From: Poseidonia sp.
GTDB taxonomy: Archaea; Thermoplasmatota; Poseidoniia; Poseidoniales; Poseidoniaceae
Assembly (NCBI GenBank): GCA_049617635.1
Contig: JBMZJQ010000002.1
Span: 8,558-72,557, forward strand
Direction: 5' to 3'
DNA length: 64,000 nucleotides
Within the stretch, counting starts at the first letter, position 1. The number at the start of each line of letters is the position of its first letter. The position numbers and the translations under genes are program-made. The notes below the pieces were generated by a model. That model had not been told where the DNA came from. It saw only the letters and a program-made list of their open reading frames with translations, and ran no database searches. Shown here piece after piece: positions 48,100-58,485 of this stretch.

Positions 48100-49128
48100 T
48101 CAATAGTCCACAGACGGAAATATCACTTTCAGAACAACGCCGTTTTCAGACTTGGAAACGGACGCATGACCTTTGGAACCGTGGGCTCGCTCCCACATGG
48201 CCGTCACCACTCCACAGGCATACGGTAACAACGGACTCTGGATGTGAAAGATGCTTTCCTGGCCTCCATCCAACACCGTTGAGTCCACGGTCACTGAACC
48301 GAGTCCATGAGAGGTGATCCTGCCGTAAAAGTGGTCTTTCCAATCGTGCGTCACCTGAACATAAACGGGAACTTCAGATTGGTTGAACGCTGCCTTTGCT
48401 GCGTTGAAGACCGCTGAAAAAACATCCGGATGGTCAACTGTTCCATCCAGCACGCATTGACGTTCCAGTTCTGAAGTGCGTTGGGGTGGTCGACCAATCA
48501 ATTCGAAAAACAAACGATGCATGGTGGTCGTGTTGAGGAGAAAACTTCGCTCTTCGTTGAGAAAAAAACCGTACGGTCGAAGTTCAAAATCGGGGTGAAA
48601 ATTCAATGATGTGGGGGGTGGAGAGCGAGGGAAACTCCATGGCTCGGCATCGACAGGACGTGGAAGCGTCATCGGCTGCGCGTGCGGTTCAAAGGTGATG
48701 TTGATGAGATCTGTGTTGACTTGCCGCCAGTCAATCTTCCATCGCTTTCCAGACATGTGCTCTTTGTGAGCCAATGCGATACCAACGCATAACCCATCAT
48801 GGCAGGGAGCAGACACCGCTCCGTCATTGAACACCCCCCATCCCATGGCGATGGCTCGTTGTTCGAAGTTGGTCTGTATGCGGCGTTTCCCAAACCATTT
48901 TCCAGCACGAAAACGCTCGTTACCTCCGAGAATGGCTTCTTCAGCATCTGCTGCAGCATAAATCACCTTCCGGCCGATGGGGGATTCAAACGCAGCGTCC
49001 AAGGTGCGCAGAAATGTACCAAATTCAACCACGCCGAACAGCGAGCAAGGTTCCCCGTTGTCATCGATGAACCATCCATCCGAGCGAAAGTTAAACCCAA
49101 GGTAGCGGTTTTGAACCGGGTCATCCAT
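48100..49128 (-). CDS. Hypothetical protein (possibly V4R-like small-molecule-binding domain)
   Basis: Reasonable coding bias. A CHDGLCVG segment resembles V4R Cys spacing, but the assignment is weak. Confidence 0.45.
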   Translation of the reverse strand: MDDPVQNRYLGFNFRSDGWFIDDNGEPCSLFGVVEFGTFLRTLDAAFESPIGRKVIYAAADAEEAILGGNERFRAGKWFGKRRIQTNFEQRAIAMGWGVFNDGAVSAPCHDGLCVGIALAHKEHMSGKRWKIDWRQVNTDLINITFEPHAQPMTLPRPVDAEPWSFPRSPPPTSLNFHPDFELRPYGFFLNEERSFLLNTTTMHRLFFELIGRPPQRTSELERQCVLDGTVDHPDVFSAVFNAAKAAFNQSEVPVYVQVTHDWKDHFYGRITSHGLGSVTVDSTVLDGGQESIFHIQSPLLPYACGVVTAMWERAHGSKGHASVSKSENGVVLKVIFPSVDY

Positions 49129-49143
49129 GTGTACACGGCTCCG

Positions 49144-50457
49144 TCAACGAGGATATCCTGAACGCCCATCTTCATTGAAGCAATAGCGGATGATTTGGTG
49201 TTGTTCTTTGAGAGCATGCACGTCCATTTTAACGGTTGATGGGTCTTCTCCGTTCAGCAAAACACGGGCATAGAAACGGGCCACTTCAGCCATATCGTCT
49301 TGAGAAAATCCAACACGGGTCAGTTCCTGAACACCCAACCGTAGCCCCGATGGTGACATGGCCTTGGTGTCTCCCGGAAGCATGTTCATGTTGGTGATGA
49401 TGCCTGCTTGCTCAAGCAAGGCCGCAGCTTTTGCTCCAGCGCCGGAATCAAGAGCGCCGTGTCGGGTGAGCACTTGATGGGAGGCGGTGTAACCTCTGCT
49501 TTCAGCCAGGACATCGAAACCTTCGGCTGCCAACGCCTGAGCGAATGCCTGAGCGTTGGCCACCGTGTCCCGTGCATACGCTTCACCGTACTCTTTGAAT
49601 TCTGCAAGGGCCATCACTTTCCCTGCAACGTGATGAAGATGATAGGAGGAACACACACCTGGGAACATAGCGTTGTTGAGGCGTCGCTGAAACGTTTCAT
49701 CTTCCGAGGATGAAAGAAGGAAGCCACCTTGCGGACCAGGGAAGGTCTTGTGGCTTGAACCGGTCATAATGTCAGCGCCTTCCCGAAGTGGGTCTTGAAA
49801 TTGACCACCGGCGATCAAACCCAAGACATGCGCACCGTCGTACATCACCGAGGCACCGACTTCCTTGGCAGCGTCTGCCATTTCCCTCATCGGAGTGGGG
49901 AAAAGGAACACAGATTGACCAAACAAGGCCACGGTTGGCTCAACACTCCGAATGGTTTTGCAAGCAGCGTCAACATCTGGTTCCATTCGGTCCTCGTCCC
50001 ACGGATACGTCGTCAGGTCCAAATCGCGAAGACCGACCGCACCCATTCTGGCATGGGAGATGTGACCCCCATCGGCAGTGGATACCGCCGTGATTCGATC
50101 GCCGGGTTTCGCCAAGGCCTTCAATGCTCCAATGTTTGAAACCGTCCCTGACGTGGATTGAATATTGGCAAACGGTGCCGAAAACACATCTTGGGCCAAG
50201 GAAATTCCGAGCGCTTCAATGGTGTCAAAATCATCACACCCCTGGTAATATCGCTTTCCTGGCAAGCCTTCCGCATAACGACCGTGAAGGTCACTTGCGA
50301 CAATGTCTCGAACGAGGGGTGAAACGATGTTTTCAGAAGCGATCATGCCCAAACCGTTGCGGTACAATTCACCACTGGCTTTCACAGCGTTGAGTACCGT
50401 GGCTCCATGGTCACGGTTGGGGGCGGAAGGTTGCCATGCTCCGGGTGCGTTGGTCAC
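49144..50457 (-). CDS. glyA: Serine hydroxymethyltransferase
   Basis: MIASENIVSP, GSSHKTFPGPQGG (PLP-Lys region) and overall SHMT architecture. Confidence 0.9.
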   Translation of the reverse strand: MTNAPGAWQPSAPNRDHGATVLNAVKASGELYRNGLGMIASENIVSPLVRDIVASDLHGRYAEGLPGKRYYQGCDDFDTIEALGISLAQDVFSAPFANIQSTSGTVSNIGALKALAKPGDRITAVSTADGGHISHARMGAVGLRDLDLTTYPWDEDRMEPDVDAACKTIRSVEPTVALFGQSVFLFPTPMREMADAAKEVGASVMYDGAHVLGLIAGGQFQDPLREGADIMTGSSHKTFPGPQGGFLLSSSEDETFQRRLNNAMFPGVCSSYHLHHVAGKVMALAEFKEYGEAYARDTVANAQAFAQALAAEGFDVLAESRGYTASHQVLTRHGALDSGAGAKAAALLEQAGIITNMNMLPGDTKAMSPSGLRLGVQELTRVGFSQDDMAEVARFYARVLLNGEDPSTVKMDVHALKEQHQIIRYCFNEDGRSGYPR

Positions 50458-50517
50458 GCCGATACATGGGTGAAATCGGTCTTTGAAGTCTCGTAAGAGG
50501 CCTGCTGGGAACCAACA

Positions 50518-53514
50518 TCACATTCGTTCACTTCGAATGGTGTTGCGCGGTATGAACCGCTCTTGGACGATGTTCTCCTCACCCTTTGCAGCCGCATTCA
50601 GCGATTGAGGCTCTTTCTTTCTGATGTAATTTGTTCGCCCACGGTACGCAACGGGTCCGATTTCACGTTCCAACATAGGGCCACCCTCCTGATGCTCTTT
50701 TGGTCGCTTCAACCACCATGCTTTGCCGAGGGGGCGAACGCGAGGTGTACGCCCCTTTTCGAGCGATGTGGCGCGTCGACGCAAGCGTCCACGCACCTTC
50801 TTGTCGGATTCCTTCGGCAGGCGCTCAAACAGCCAGGCAGGGAACCCAATGTCAAGAACAACGCCGTTGACAGAAACCAAGATGCCACCCAACAACAGGT
50901 GGTTCCCAATTGGTATGTTTTCGGCACTTGGTTGAACCTTAAATCGCCGCATTCTCCTTGCGTATTTGATGAGGCCCCGTTGGTCCCGATGTTTGATTTG
51001 ATGCTCTTGTTGGCGGGAAAAGCGAACATAAGAAAAATGCATGAAAAGAAGTCCGCCCAATACCGACAACCCTTCCGAGGTGCCGACTTCTTGGTAGGTC
51101 AAAATACCCAGAACAAACCACATTGGAACGAGGACGAAGTACTGGAAGATACTTGAGAGAACACCGGGTGAGAAACGAGGGGGCATGGATCGTCGAGTTG
51201 CCTCGTGTGCCACGATCATAACGTTGGCGTTGATGGCCTCGTCCAAACCCCCCTTTTGGAGAAGCGGAGCATAGGGATTGACCGGAGCGGCATCCATCCA
51301 CTGCTTTGTTGCCTTTGCATCATCCAGAATCAACGAAACCTCGAGATGTTCCTTGCCTTTGCTTCCATAGCCGAAAATAACGGCGAGCGCCATCACACGT
51401 GGGTCTTGGCTGTCGCTCTTGATCAACTCATCAACCACGGTTTTCGCATCGTGCCATTGACCCGTATCAAGCAGGCTCAAAGCAACAGCAATTCGTGGAC
51501 GCACCCCCGTGGGGTCCGCTCTCACCAGTGTAAGAGCCAATTCGAGAGCCTCGTCGTAGCGTCGTTGAGCACGCAACAACGCCACCATTGACAGTTGACC
51601 GACCAGTGAAATTCTGTCGTTGTGAACCATCATGTCCTTTGGTTGTGGGCTCCAATAACGCATCATGTTCTGAAGCATTTGGAGATGGTCTATCACGGAA
51701 TTGTTCTCCCAATCCCAAAGGTCGTCCTCGGTGACTGAGCCATGCCATGGGTCCAACCATTCACAGATGAAGGAGAGAATTTCTGGTTCGTCGTAACCAT
51801 CTCGTTGTTGCAAACCGTGCAACGCCTCACGAGCTGCGTCGAGTCGACGCAATGCGATGTAACCTGTAGCGATAATCATCCGTGCTTCGTCGTTTTCCCC
51901 TCCTGATTGCGCCAGTAATTTACGGCTTTCTTCAATGGCTTGGGGCCACAAACCACGGAGGGCTTTTTCCCACATCGACGCCCTTGATTGTTCTTGACGA
52001 ATCAAGGCCTGATCGCCAGGGAAATCATGGGTTTGAACTCGAATAAGGAGGTCTATGTCTTCGTTGTAGGCTGCCGTTTCAACCAAATGTTGGAGGCGGT
52101 CACCACCTGCCAATTTGACCGCACCCTCCCGGCGTTCATCGGGATTTAGGTCGAACCGCAATTTTCGAAGGTGCCCGAACCGGCTGATGGAGAGGAGCCA
52201 TGCCAAAAGGAAAACGGCCTGACCAACAGCGATAAAGAGCCAAACGGTCAAAAGTCGCATTCCCTCATCGAAGTCGCGCGCCTCCAACCACGCCGTCATT
52301 GGCATCAAATCACCAAATTCCTTGTAGCACACGAGAATGAGTAACAACACTGTATAACCTGAAAACCCTGCAAACGCAAAGGTCAATTGACGTGCTTGAG
52401 CAGCCTTTTCCGCACGAATTTCACGGGGCGTGTCTAGGGTGACGCCGAACATGCCACCGAAGGTTTGTCCACCAAGGATCAAGTTGCGGGTCAATTCAAA
52501 AATAAAGGCCAATCCAACGATGGCGATGTTCAGCGTGAGATAGAGAGAAAGAAATTCAGGAAGGGCTTTGATGAATTCGAGTTGGAACAGGATTTCAGAA
52601 ATCAAATCGATTTCCAAATAGATGGAATAGCCAATAATGCCACCGTAGTTCAAAATCTCAGTGGCGTTGGCTGGGCTATTCAACATCACGTGAAGCACGG
52701 TCAAAATACCGTTCAGTGCAGTAATAGGCATGGTGAGGAGGAAGAGGACGAGGATAAACGAAAACAAACGCCCGATGAACCCGTTCTTTTCGGGGTCAAT
52801 CGGGTTCAACCGGCCTCTCGTTGTACGCCATTTACTGATCAAGAGCATGTTCCATGAAGCCCCCATGATGCGACCGTAAGCGAAGATGGTCGGCGCCATG
52901 AAGGTCAGCATCCCAAAGGCAATCCACGTTGGTGTCAGGGAGCCCTCAACTTGGTAACCGTAGGCGAGCACCATCGCCGTAACAATCAGCAGAATGGCCA
53001 GCGTAGTAACCGTGCGAATAACTTGGGCACTCGCCGAAGCTTTGGTCTCCCTTTTCTTGTTTGAAAGTTGGCTGTTGAGCGATTGCCAAGGGGAGATGAT
53101 GACAGGAATCAAAATCAAGAACGCCATGATGTACAGATTGATCCTGGAAAACACGGCAGCATTGAACAACAATTCCGCAATCAGAATCAAAACACCGGTG
53201 AGTCCCATCATGTACAGCATCACGCCAAAACCGACGCGTCCTTGTTTGAGCAATTTACGTGAATCCCTCAGCGTTCGTGTAATGCGATGGACTTCGTACA
53301 AATCGTCTTCGATTTCGAACGCGACTTGAAGATTCTTGAGTTGTTGTGGAATAAACCACTTGCGCACGAAGAACGCAATAAGAAGAGCAAGGAGCAAAGG
53401 TCCAATCAGATCCATGTTGAGGCCCTGGCTTGAGGAGACCGTGGCGGCAGAGGTCGTCGGCAAGCATAGCAGAAGCAATCCAATCGCAACGGCGATGTGG
53501 TGCCCGCTTCGCAT
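50518..53514 (-). CDS. Large (998 aa) polytopic membrane protein with an internal TPR-like soluble domain
   Basis: Signal, about 12 TM helices, a roughly 350-aa helical repeat (TPR-like) domain, 4 more TM helices and a basic C-terminal tail. No enzymatic motif recognised. Confidence 0.55.
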   Translation of the reverse strand: MRSGHHIAVAIGLLLLCLPTTSAATVSSSQGLNMDLIGPLLLALLIAFFVRKWFIPQQLKNLQVAFEIEDDLYEVHRITRTLRDSRKLLKQGRVGFGVMLYMMGLTGVLILIAELLFNAAVFSRINLYIMAFLILIPVIISPWQSLNSQLSNKKRETKASASAQVIRTVTTLAILLIVTAMVLAYGYQVEGSLTPTWIAFGMLTFMAPTIFAYGRIMGASWNMLLISKWRTTRGRLNPIDPEKNGFIGRLFSFILVLFLLTMPITALNGILTVLHVMLNSPANATEILNYGGIIGYSIYLEIDLISEILFQLEFIKALPEFLSLYLTLNIAIVGLAFIFELTRNLILGGQTFGGMFGVTLDTPREIRAEKAAQARQLTFAFAGFSGYTVLLLILVCYKEFGDLMPMTAWLEARDFDEGMRLLTVWLFIAVGQAVFLLAWLLSISRFGHLRKLRFDLNPDERREGAVKLAGGDRLQHLVETAAYNEDIDLLIRVQTHDFPGDQALIRQEQSRASMWEKALRGLWPQAIEESRKLLAQSGGENDEARMIIATGYIALRRLDAAREALHGLQQRDGYDEPEILSFICEWLDPWHGSVTEDDLWDWENNSVIDHLQMLQNMMRYWSPQPKDMMVHNDRISLVGQLSMVALLRAQRRYDEALELALTLVRADPTGVRPRIAVALSLLDTGQWHDAKTVVDELIKSDSQDPRVMALAVIFGYGSKGKEHLEVSLILDDAKATKQWMDAAPVNPYAPLLQKGGLDEAINANVMIVAHEATRRSMPPRFSPGVLSSIFQYFVLVPMWFVLGILTYQEVGTSEGLSVLGGLLFMHFSYVRFSRQQEHQIKHRDQRGLIKYARRMRRFKVQPSAENIPIGNHLLLGGILVSVNGVVLDIGFPAWLFERLPKESDKKVRGRLRRRATSLEKGRTPRVRPLGKAWWLKRPKEHQEGGPMLEREIGPVAYRGRTNYIRKKEPQSLNAAAKGEENIVQERFIPRNTIRSERM

Positions 53515-53553
53515 GGTTCCATGGCGTAGGAGAGGCTTGAAGAAATCTTTGCC

Positions 53554-54774
53554 TCAATGCCCCGAGAGCCGATGCCTTTTGAGGAAGGCTTCGATTCGGT
53601 CGAAGGCCACCTCAAGAACATCAATCGTTGGAAGATAGACCAAACGAACATGACCTTGTCCCAAGGCAGGAGAGAAACCGCTTCCATGGACGAGCAGAAC
53701 GTGTTCCTCTTCCAACAATTGAAGCACAAATTCCTTGTCGTTGTTCGACCATTGGTTGTCGGTCAGGCGCACAAACATGTAGAAGGCGCCTCCTGGCGAT
53801 TCAACTTCAAGTCCCTCAATGGCATGAATACGCTCGAGACAGTAATCACGCTGTTGCTTGACTTTCTCCATGTACGCATCCATCCATCCTCGGTCGCCCT
53901 TCAAGCCTGCGAGGTAGCCGAGTTGTGCTGGCGTCGAGGCACATAATCGCGAACGAAGGAGCCGCTCAAGGCCGTCTCGCACGAGGTTCATGCATCCGCT
54001 TGGGTCGTGAAGCGCCATGTAACCAATTCTCCAGCCGGGTGCGTAGTAGACTTTGGAAACACCGTTTAAGGCGATGACAGGTACGTCGGTGCTCCGGCTG
54101 GCAATCGAAACATGGGTTCCGGTAAAATCCAATCCATCGTAAATTTCGTCAGCAACGACGATGCAGTTCGGATAGTCGCGAGCGATGGAGAGCAAACGGT
54201 CAATTTCTTCGGGGCCGCATACCGTGCCACATGGATTGTTTGGGTTGATCAAGACAAGCAAACGAACATCATCGTCCATCTTTGATGCGATGTCCTCAAA
54301 ATCGGGTTGCCAAAGGTCATCACTGTGAAGTTTGTATTCAACGGTGGTCCCACCGTACATTTGCGGATACGCCATGTAGGGTGGGTAGTGGGGGCCCGGT
54401 GCGAGGACTTTGCTTCCTTCCTCCAGAACCGCTGCGAAGATCAGTTGCAACGCCTCAGTTACGCCATGACAAACATAGATGTCATCGGCCGATGCTTCCC
54501 AGCCTTTCCGCTGTTCATCTTCAGCAATGGCCTTGCGAAGTTCAGGTAGCCCATAGGAAGGAGAATATCCATTGCGGCCATCGTGCAGGGCTTGGGCGTA
54601 CGCATCAACCATGTGCTGTGGCGTTGGTAACCCAGGGTACGCAATAGGGTCGCCGATGTTCAGCTTGATGATTCGGTGGCCTTCAGCCTCGAGACGTGTA
54701 GCGGGAACCACCACATCTCGAATGGCATACTCGATTCGAGCCGCTCGCTGAGATACTGGAATGTCAGGCCGCAT
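53554..54774 (-). CDS. Class I/II PLP-dependent aminotransferase (alanine/aspartate aminotransferase-like)
   Basis: NIGDP, NPCGTV, SKVY (PLP-Lys in ALNGVSKVYYAPGWRIGY) and R at the C-terminal region. Confidence 0.85.
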   Translation of the reverse strand: MRPDIPVSQRAARIEYAIRDVVVPATRLEAEGHRIIKLNIGDPIAYPGLPTPQHMVDAYAQALHDGRNGYSPSYGLPELRKAIAEDEQRKGWEASADDIYVCHGVTEALQLIFAAVLEEGSKVLAPGPHYPPYMAYPQMYGGTTVEYKLHSDDLWQPDFEDIASKMDDDVRLLVLINPNNPCGTVCGPEEIDRLLSIARDYPNCIVVADEIYDGLDFTGTHVSIASRSTDVPVIALNGVSKVYYAPGWRIGYMALHDPSGCMNLVRDGLERLLRSRLCASTPAQLGYLAGLKGDRGWMDAYMEKVKQQRDYCLERIHAIEGLEVESPGGAFYMFVRLTDNQWSNNDKEFVLQLLEEEHVLLVHGSGFSPALGQGHVRLVYLPTIDVLEVAFDRIEAFLKRHRLSGH

Positions 54775-54786
54775 GCAAACACCGTG

Positions 54787-55260
54787 TTATTGGAGATCAT
54801 CTCGAGATGTACCGGCCATGTTGAGGACTTCATCAAAATGTTCTGACGAAACCGTTTGCACCGAGAGACGTTGGCCCCGTTGAAGCAAGGGCATTCCCTC
54901 GAGGTTCGGGTTCTGCCTCATGGCATCGAGCGACACCATCGGAAGTTCACACACGGGCTCAATATCCACCATGAACCAGCGTGGGGTATCTGGTGTTGAT
55001 TTTTCATCGAAGTACTTGCTCGAAGCATCCCAGGACGTGAAATCCGGATAGCCCTCACGAACCACACGTGCGACGCCGCCGACATGAGGAGGCTTGGTGT
55101 TTGAATGGTAAAACAAGATCAAATCGCCGACTTTCATACTGTCACGCATCGTGTTTCTTGCTTGATAATTTCGAACGCCGTCCCAATGCGTTTGGCCATC
55201 TGCCACCAGTTGGCTGTAGGGATACACATCCAATTCGGACTTCATCAGCCAGAAGTTCAT
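54787..55260 (-). CDS. EVE-domain (PUA-like) protein
   Basis: MNFWLMKSE...WDGVRNYQARNTMRDSMKVGDLILFYHS matches the EVE/Thp1 signature. Confidence 0.7.
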   Translation of the reverse strand: MNFWLMKSELDVYPYSQLVADGQTHWDGVRNYQARNTMRDSMKVGDLILFYHSNTKPPHVGGVARVVREGYPDFTSWDASSKYFDEKSTPDTPRWFMVDIEPVCELPMVSLDAMRQNPNLEGMPLLQRGQRLSVQTVSSEHFDEVLNMAGTSRDDLQ

Positions 55261-55298
55261 GATGCATCCCAAGAGGAAGGGGTCTATGGATTGCACGC

Positions 55299-58200
55299 CT
55301 ACCAAGCATCAACAACATCGTCAAGGAGTGCAGCCTCCATCACGTCTTCGGTGGCTTGGTGGGTTCGCAACAAACCGAGTTTCTTCGCCATGCTGTTGGT
55401 CCCGCTGACTGCACCAATGCCCATTTTTTCGAGGGTGACGAAAATGGCCGGGAGGAGAATCAACGCACTGGCAGCAGCCACCCAAAGAAGAATGAGAATA
55501 ACTGTGATGAACGGCTGAATTTCTGGAATCGGAATGTTGTATGCGGTGAACATACCCAATGAAGTCACCACCGCTGCCTCAAACAAGGACATGCCTGTCC
55601 CTACAGCAGCACTTCGGATGGCTTGAATGCCGCCACCGAGTTCACGGATTCGGTTGGCTATGTGAATGGAAAAGTCAACACCGACCCCGACGAGAATCGA
55701 TCCGATCATCACCGTGACGAGGGACAACGGCACGTCCATTTGCCACATGACCAACCATTGCAAAGCGACAGTGGCGATCACCGGAGACGTGGTCCATATG
55801 GAATACCGGATGTCCCTGAACACGATGGCCAGCGTGATCAGCGTCAAAATGATGGCAAATCCAAGCGAGGTCCACTGTGAACCTACAATCAATTCGTTGA
55901 CTTCGATGGCCGTGGCTGCAACACCCGTCAAATCCTCTGCAGATTCTCCGTGCGGGCCTTGGAAGGTTGAAGTCCGCTCGTTCACCGCATCCACGCTCTT
56001 TGACGTGTCAGCAACGGGAATGAACGGCATATCGACATAAATCAAGGAGCGGCTGAAGTCCTCGCTGACGAAAATTTCACGGGTTTCTTTGGTCAACGAT
56101 GCGTAAAACACATCGAGGAGGAAAATTTCACTTTGCTCTGAACCCGGCAGATTAAATTCGCCGGGGTCCGTCAGCAAATCCCAGAACGACGTATCAACGT
56201 TGATGCTTTGATTGAAAAACACGTCTGCAGTTGCTTTCACATCCTCGCATGCCTCTTGCTCCAGGCAGGGCACAAGTTGGAAAAGTTCGTTGACCTGTTC
56301 ACCTGAAACGGTGACCTGTACCCCAGATGCTTTCATCAAAAAGACCACCGAAACGGCTGTTGTGTTTTGTACCGAGTTGAGCGATGCTTCCAAAGAATCA
56401 ATTTTCTTGAGCAATTCCACGGGGTCGTCGTTGGTGTTATCCTCGTCGTTGAAGTCACCGCTGACGTTTGCATTCACGAGAATCATTCCGACTTGGCCAG
56501 CCTCAAACTCGCTGCTGTATTGTTTCATCTTCACGACGGGAGACTCCCCTTCAGGCGCCATACCAAGCAAGTCAATGTTCTCCTCAACGTTGGCTTGACC
56601 AACGGTTGCTGAGAGCAAGATGAGCAACAAGAACACGCCGATGACCGGTTTGTTGTGGCGAACGGGTACGTCCACCAACACATCAAACGCCTTCAACGGA
56701 GGGTGCTTTGGTTTTCGAAGGTCGAGGATGAGCGTGAGGTTCGGCACCATGAACATGGTGAGGATATACACGATGACGATGCCGCCTGAAAGCGCAATTC
56801 CAACGGTTTGGATGGGCGCCATCGGCGTGAACACCAGCGAAATGAATCCGATGACCGTGGTAACGGCTGAGAGGAACACGGCTTTCCCAGTTGAGGAGAG
56901 AGAGGCCCGCATTTTTTCTGATTTTGAACCCGATTCTTCCGCGTACCGATTGGTGATGTGCAACCCATACGATACGCCAAGCGCCAATAAGATCGGTCCA
57001 ACGATGATGACCGTCATGGTCACCTCATAGTTGGTGGCTCCTATTAGGCCTAATGTCCAAAACACAGCACACAACGTCGGCAATCCTGCGATAACAACCA
57101 CCTTGAATCCTTGGAGTGGGCGCATGCCCGTGATACCTGCTTGTAGCAAATCCGAGTGAAAGACGAACAGACCAATGGCGACAAGAACAACGGCCATGGG
57201 GAAAATTTCCCAGAACAAGCGGAAGGAAAATTCCGTCACGGCGTTGGTGATAGGAACCGGCCCGGTAAGAATCATGCTCAGTCCGAGATCTTCCCAATCG
57301 CACATGCCTTCGGACTCAATAGGGTCGCCGTTGGCGTCAAAACGACAAGCACGCTCGAGAGACGAAATGGCGTCAAGAACTTCCTGTGTATCGGCAATGA
57401 TGTCTTTGGCAGGCCGGTTTTCTGTCACGGCAACGGCCATAATGGCCCGGTCAAGTAAACCATCTGGCTCACCGTCTTCTCCCCCTTCGATGTCTCTGGC
57501 CAGTTTGTTCAACCCAGATGTTGGTTGACCGTTTTGGTCATACATTTCACCGATGACAAGGTCGATGGTGGTTTGGCTTGGTATCTCATACGAACCACCA
57601 AAACGGTCGTCGGTTTGAGCCGCAACATCGTTGAGGTTTTCAGCCAGCTCACGTGAGGGGCAATCATCCGTGGGGTCGCTGGAACAACCGAGTTCACCCA
57701 CTTCGGTGATGATCGCTTCGCGGATGCGAGGCGCACTGGAATTCACTTCCTTCAACACCGTTGAAAGGGAGAGAATGTAGATGACGTCATCGGATTCATC
57801 GGAGAGATAGGGATTGAGTATGTTTTCCACGTAACTGATTTCTTGGAGAATGCGCTGGTCAGTGATGTTGTATTTCGATGATTCAATGTAGACCACCATC
57901 ACGTTCGTCGACCAGTCTTCCTCAACCTTTCCAATCAACTCAGCCACTTGACTGCCGTCCGGAAGGTACACTTCGAGATCCCCGTTGACGTTCAAGGCAG
58001 GATTGTCCAAGTCGTCATCAAATCGAGTATCATCGAGAAAGCCCGATTGGGTCACGAAGTACACCGTGAGCAACAAGAACACCATAATGGTCGGAATTGG
58101 AAATTTTGTGATGGCGCCGGTAGCACCTGTCTTTTCCCACTCTCGCTTGAATCGCTTTGGTGCATCAAGGACTGCATCAAGCGTCTTCTTTGAATCAATG

Positions 58201-58328
58201 GTTTTCAACTGACTGGTTAACTGGTCACGCACGACTTTGCTGGTTTGTGCAACAGCATCCAAACGACGATTTCCCTTTGAGCCCCTGTCGGCTGTTGGGG
58301 CGGAGTCGGACTCGTCTGGCGAAATCAA
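55299..58328 (-). CDS. RND-superfamily exporter (MMPL-like; two 6-TM bundles with large periplasmic-type loops)
   Basis: Duplicated architecture of TM1, a large loop, and TM2-6 twice. Typical RND TM motifs, for example GIGVDFSIHIANR. Confidence 0.7.
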   Translation of the reverse strand: MISPDESDSAPTADRGSKGNRRLDAVAQTSKVVRDQLTSQLKTIDSKKTLDAVLDAPKRFKREWEKTGATGAITKFPIPTIMVFLLLTVYFVTQSGFLDDTRFDDDLDNPALNVNGDLEVYLPDGSQVAELIGKVEEDWSTNVMVVYIESSKYNITDQRILQEISYVENILNPYLSDESDDVIYILSLSTVLKEVNSSAPRIREAIITEVGELGCSSDPTDDCPSRELAENLNDVAAQTDDRFGGSYEIPSQTTIDLVIGEMYDQNGQPTSGLNKLARDIEGGEDGEPDGLLDRAIMAVAVTENRPAKDIIADTQEVLDAISSLERACRFDANGDPIESEGMCDWEDLGLSMILTGPVPITNAVTEFSFRLFWEIFPMAVVLVAIGLFVFHSDLLQAGITGMRPLQGFKVVVIAGLPTLCAVFWTLGLIGATNYEVTMTVIIVGPILLALGVSYGLHITNRYAEESGSKSEKMRASLSSTGKAVFLSAVTTVIGFISLVFTPMAPIQTVGIALSGGIVIVYILTMFMVPNLTLILDLRKPKHPPLKAFDVLVDVPVRHNKPVIGVFLLLILLSATVGQANVEENIDLLGMAPEGESPVVKMKQYSSEFEAGQVGMILVNANVSGDFNDEDNTNDDPVELLKKIDSLEASLNSVQNTTAVSVVFLMKASGVQVTVSGEQVNELFQLVPCLEQEACEDVKATADVFFNQSINVDTSFWDLLTDPGEFNLPGSEQSEIFLLDVFYASLTKETREIFVSEDFSRSLIYVDMPFIPVADTSKSVDAVNERTSTFQGPHGESAEDLTGVAATAIEVNELIVGSQWTSLGFAIILTLITLAIVFRDIRYSIWTTSPVIATVALQWLVMWQMDVPLSLVTVMIGSILVGVGVDFSIHIANRIRELGGGIQAIRSAAVGTGMSLFEAAVVTSLGMFTAYNIPIPEIQPFITVILILLWVAAASALILLPAIFVTLEKMGIGAVSGTNSMAKKLGLLRTHQATEDVMEAALLDDVVDAW

Positions 58329-58485
58329 GGGAGCACCTTGACGTAGGCGACGTGTGAGCCCTTCAAAGCCTTACCTTTCGTCGGTGTGATGTCATGCCCG
58401 ATTTGCGAGGATTTACGCCGACGGGTTGAAATGATGACCCACATCCCGCAGGTTGGACCCTCTTCATTGACCGAGGCGGGGCCAG

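Noticed and set aside
58329-58485. Possible tRNA gene in the RND-ValRS divergent spacer (and other spacers at 18947-19032 and 48004-48099)
   Set aside because: No cloverleaf-compatible acceptor/T-arm pairing could be found by eye. Needs tRNAscan to be sure.
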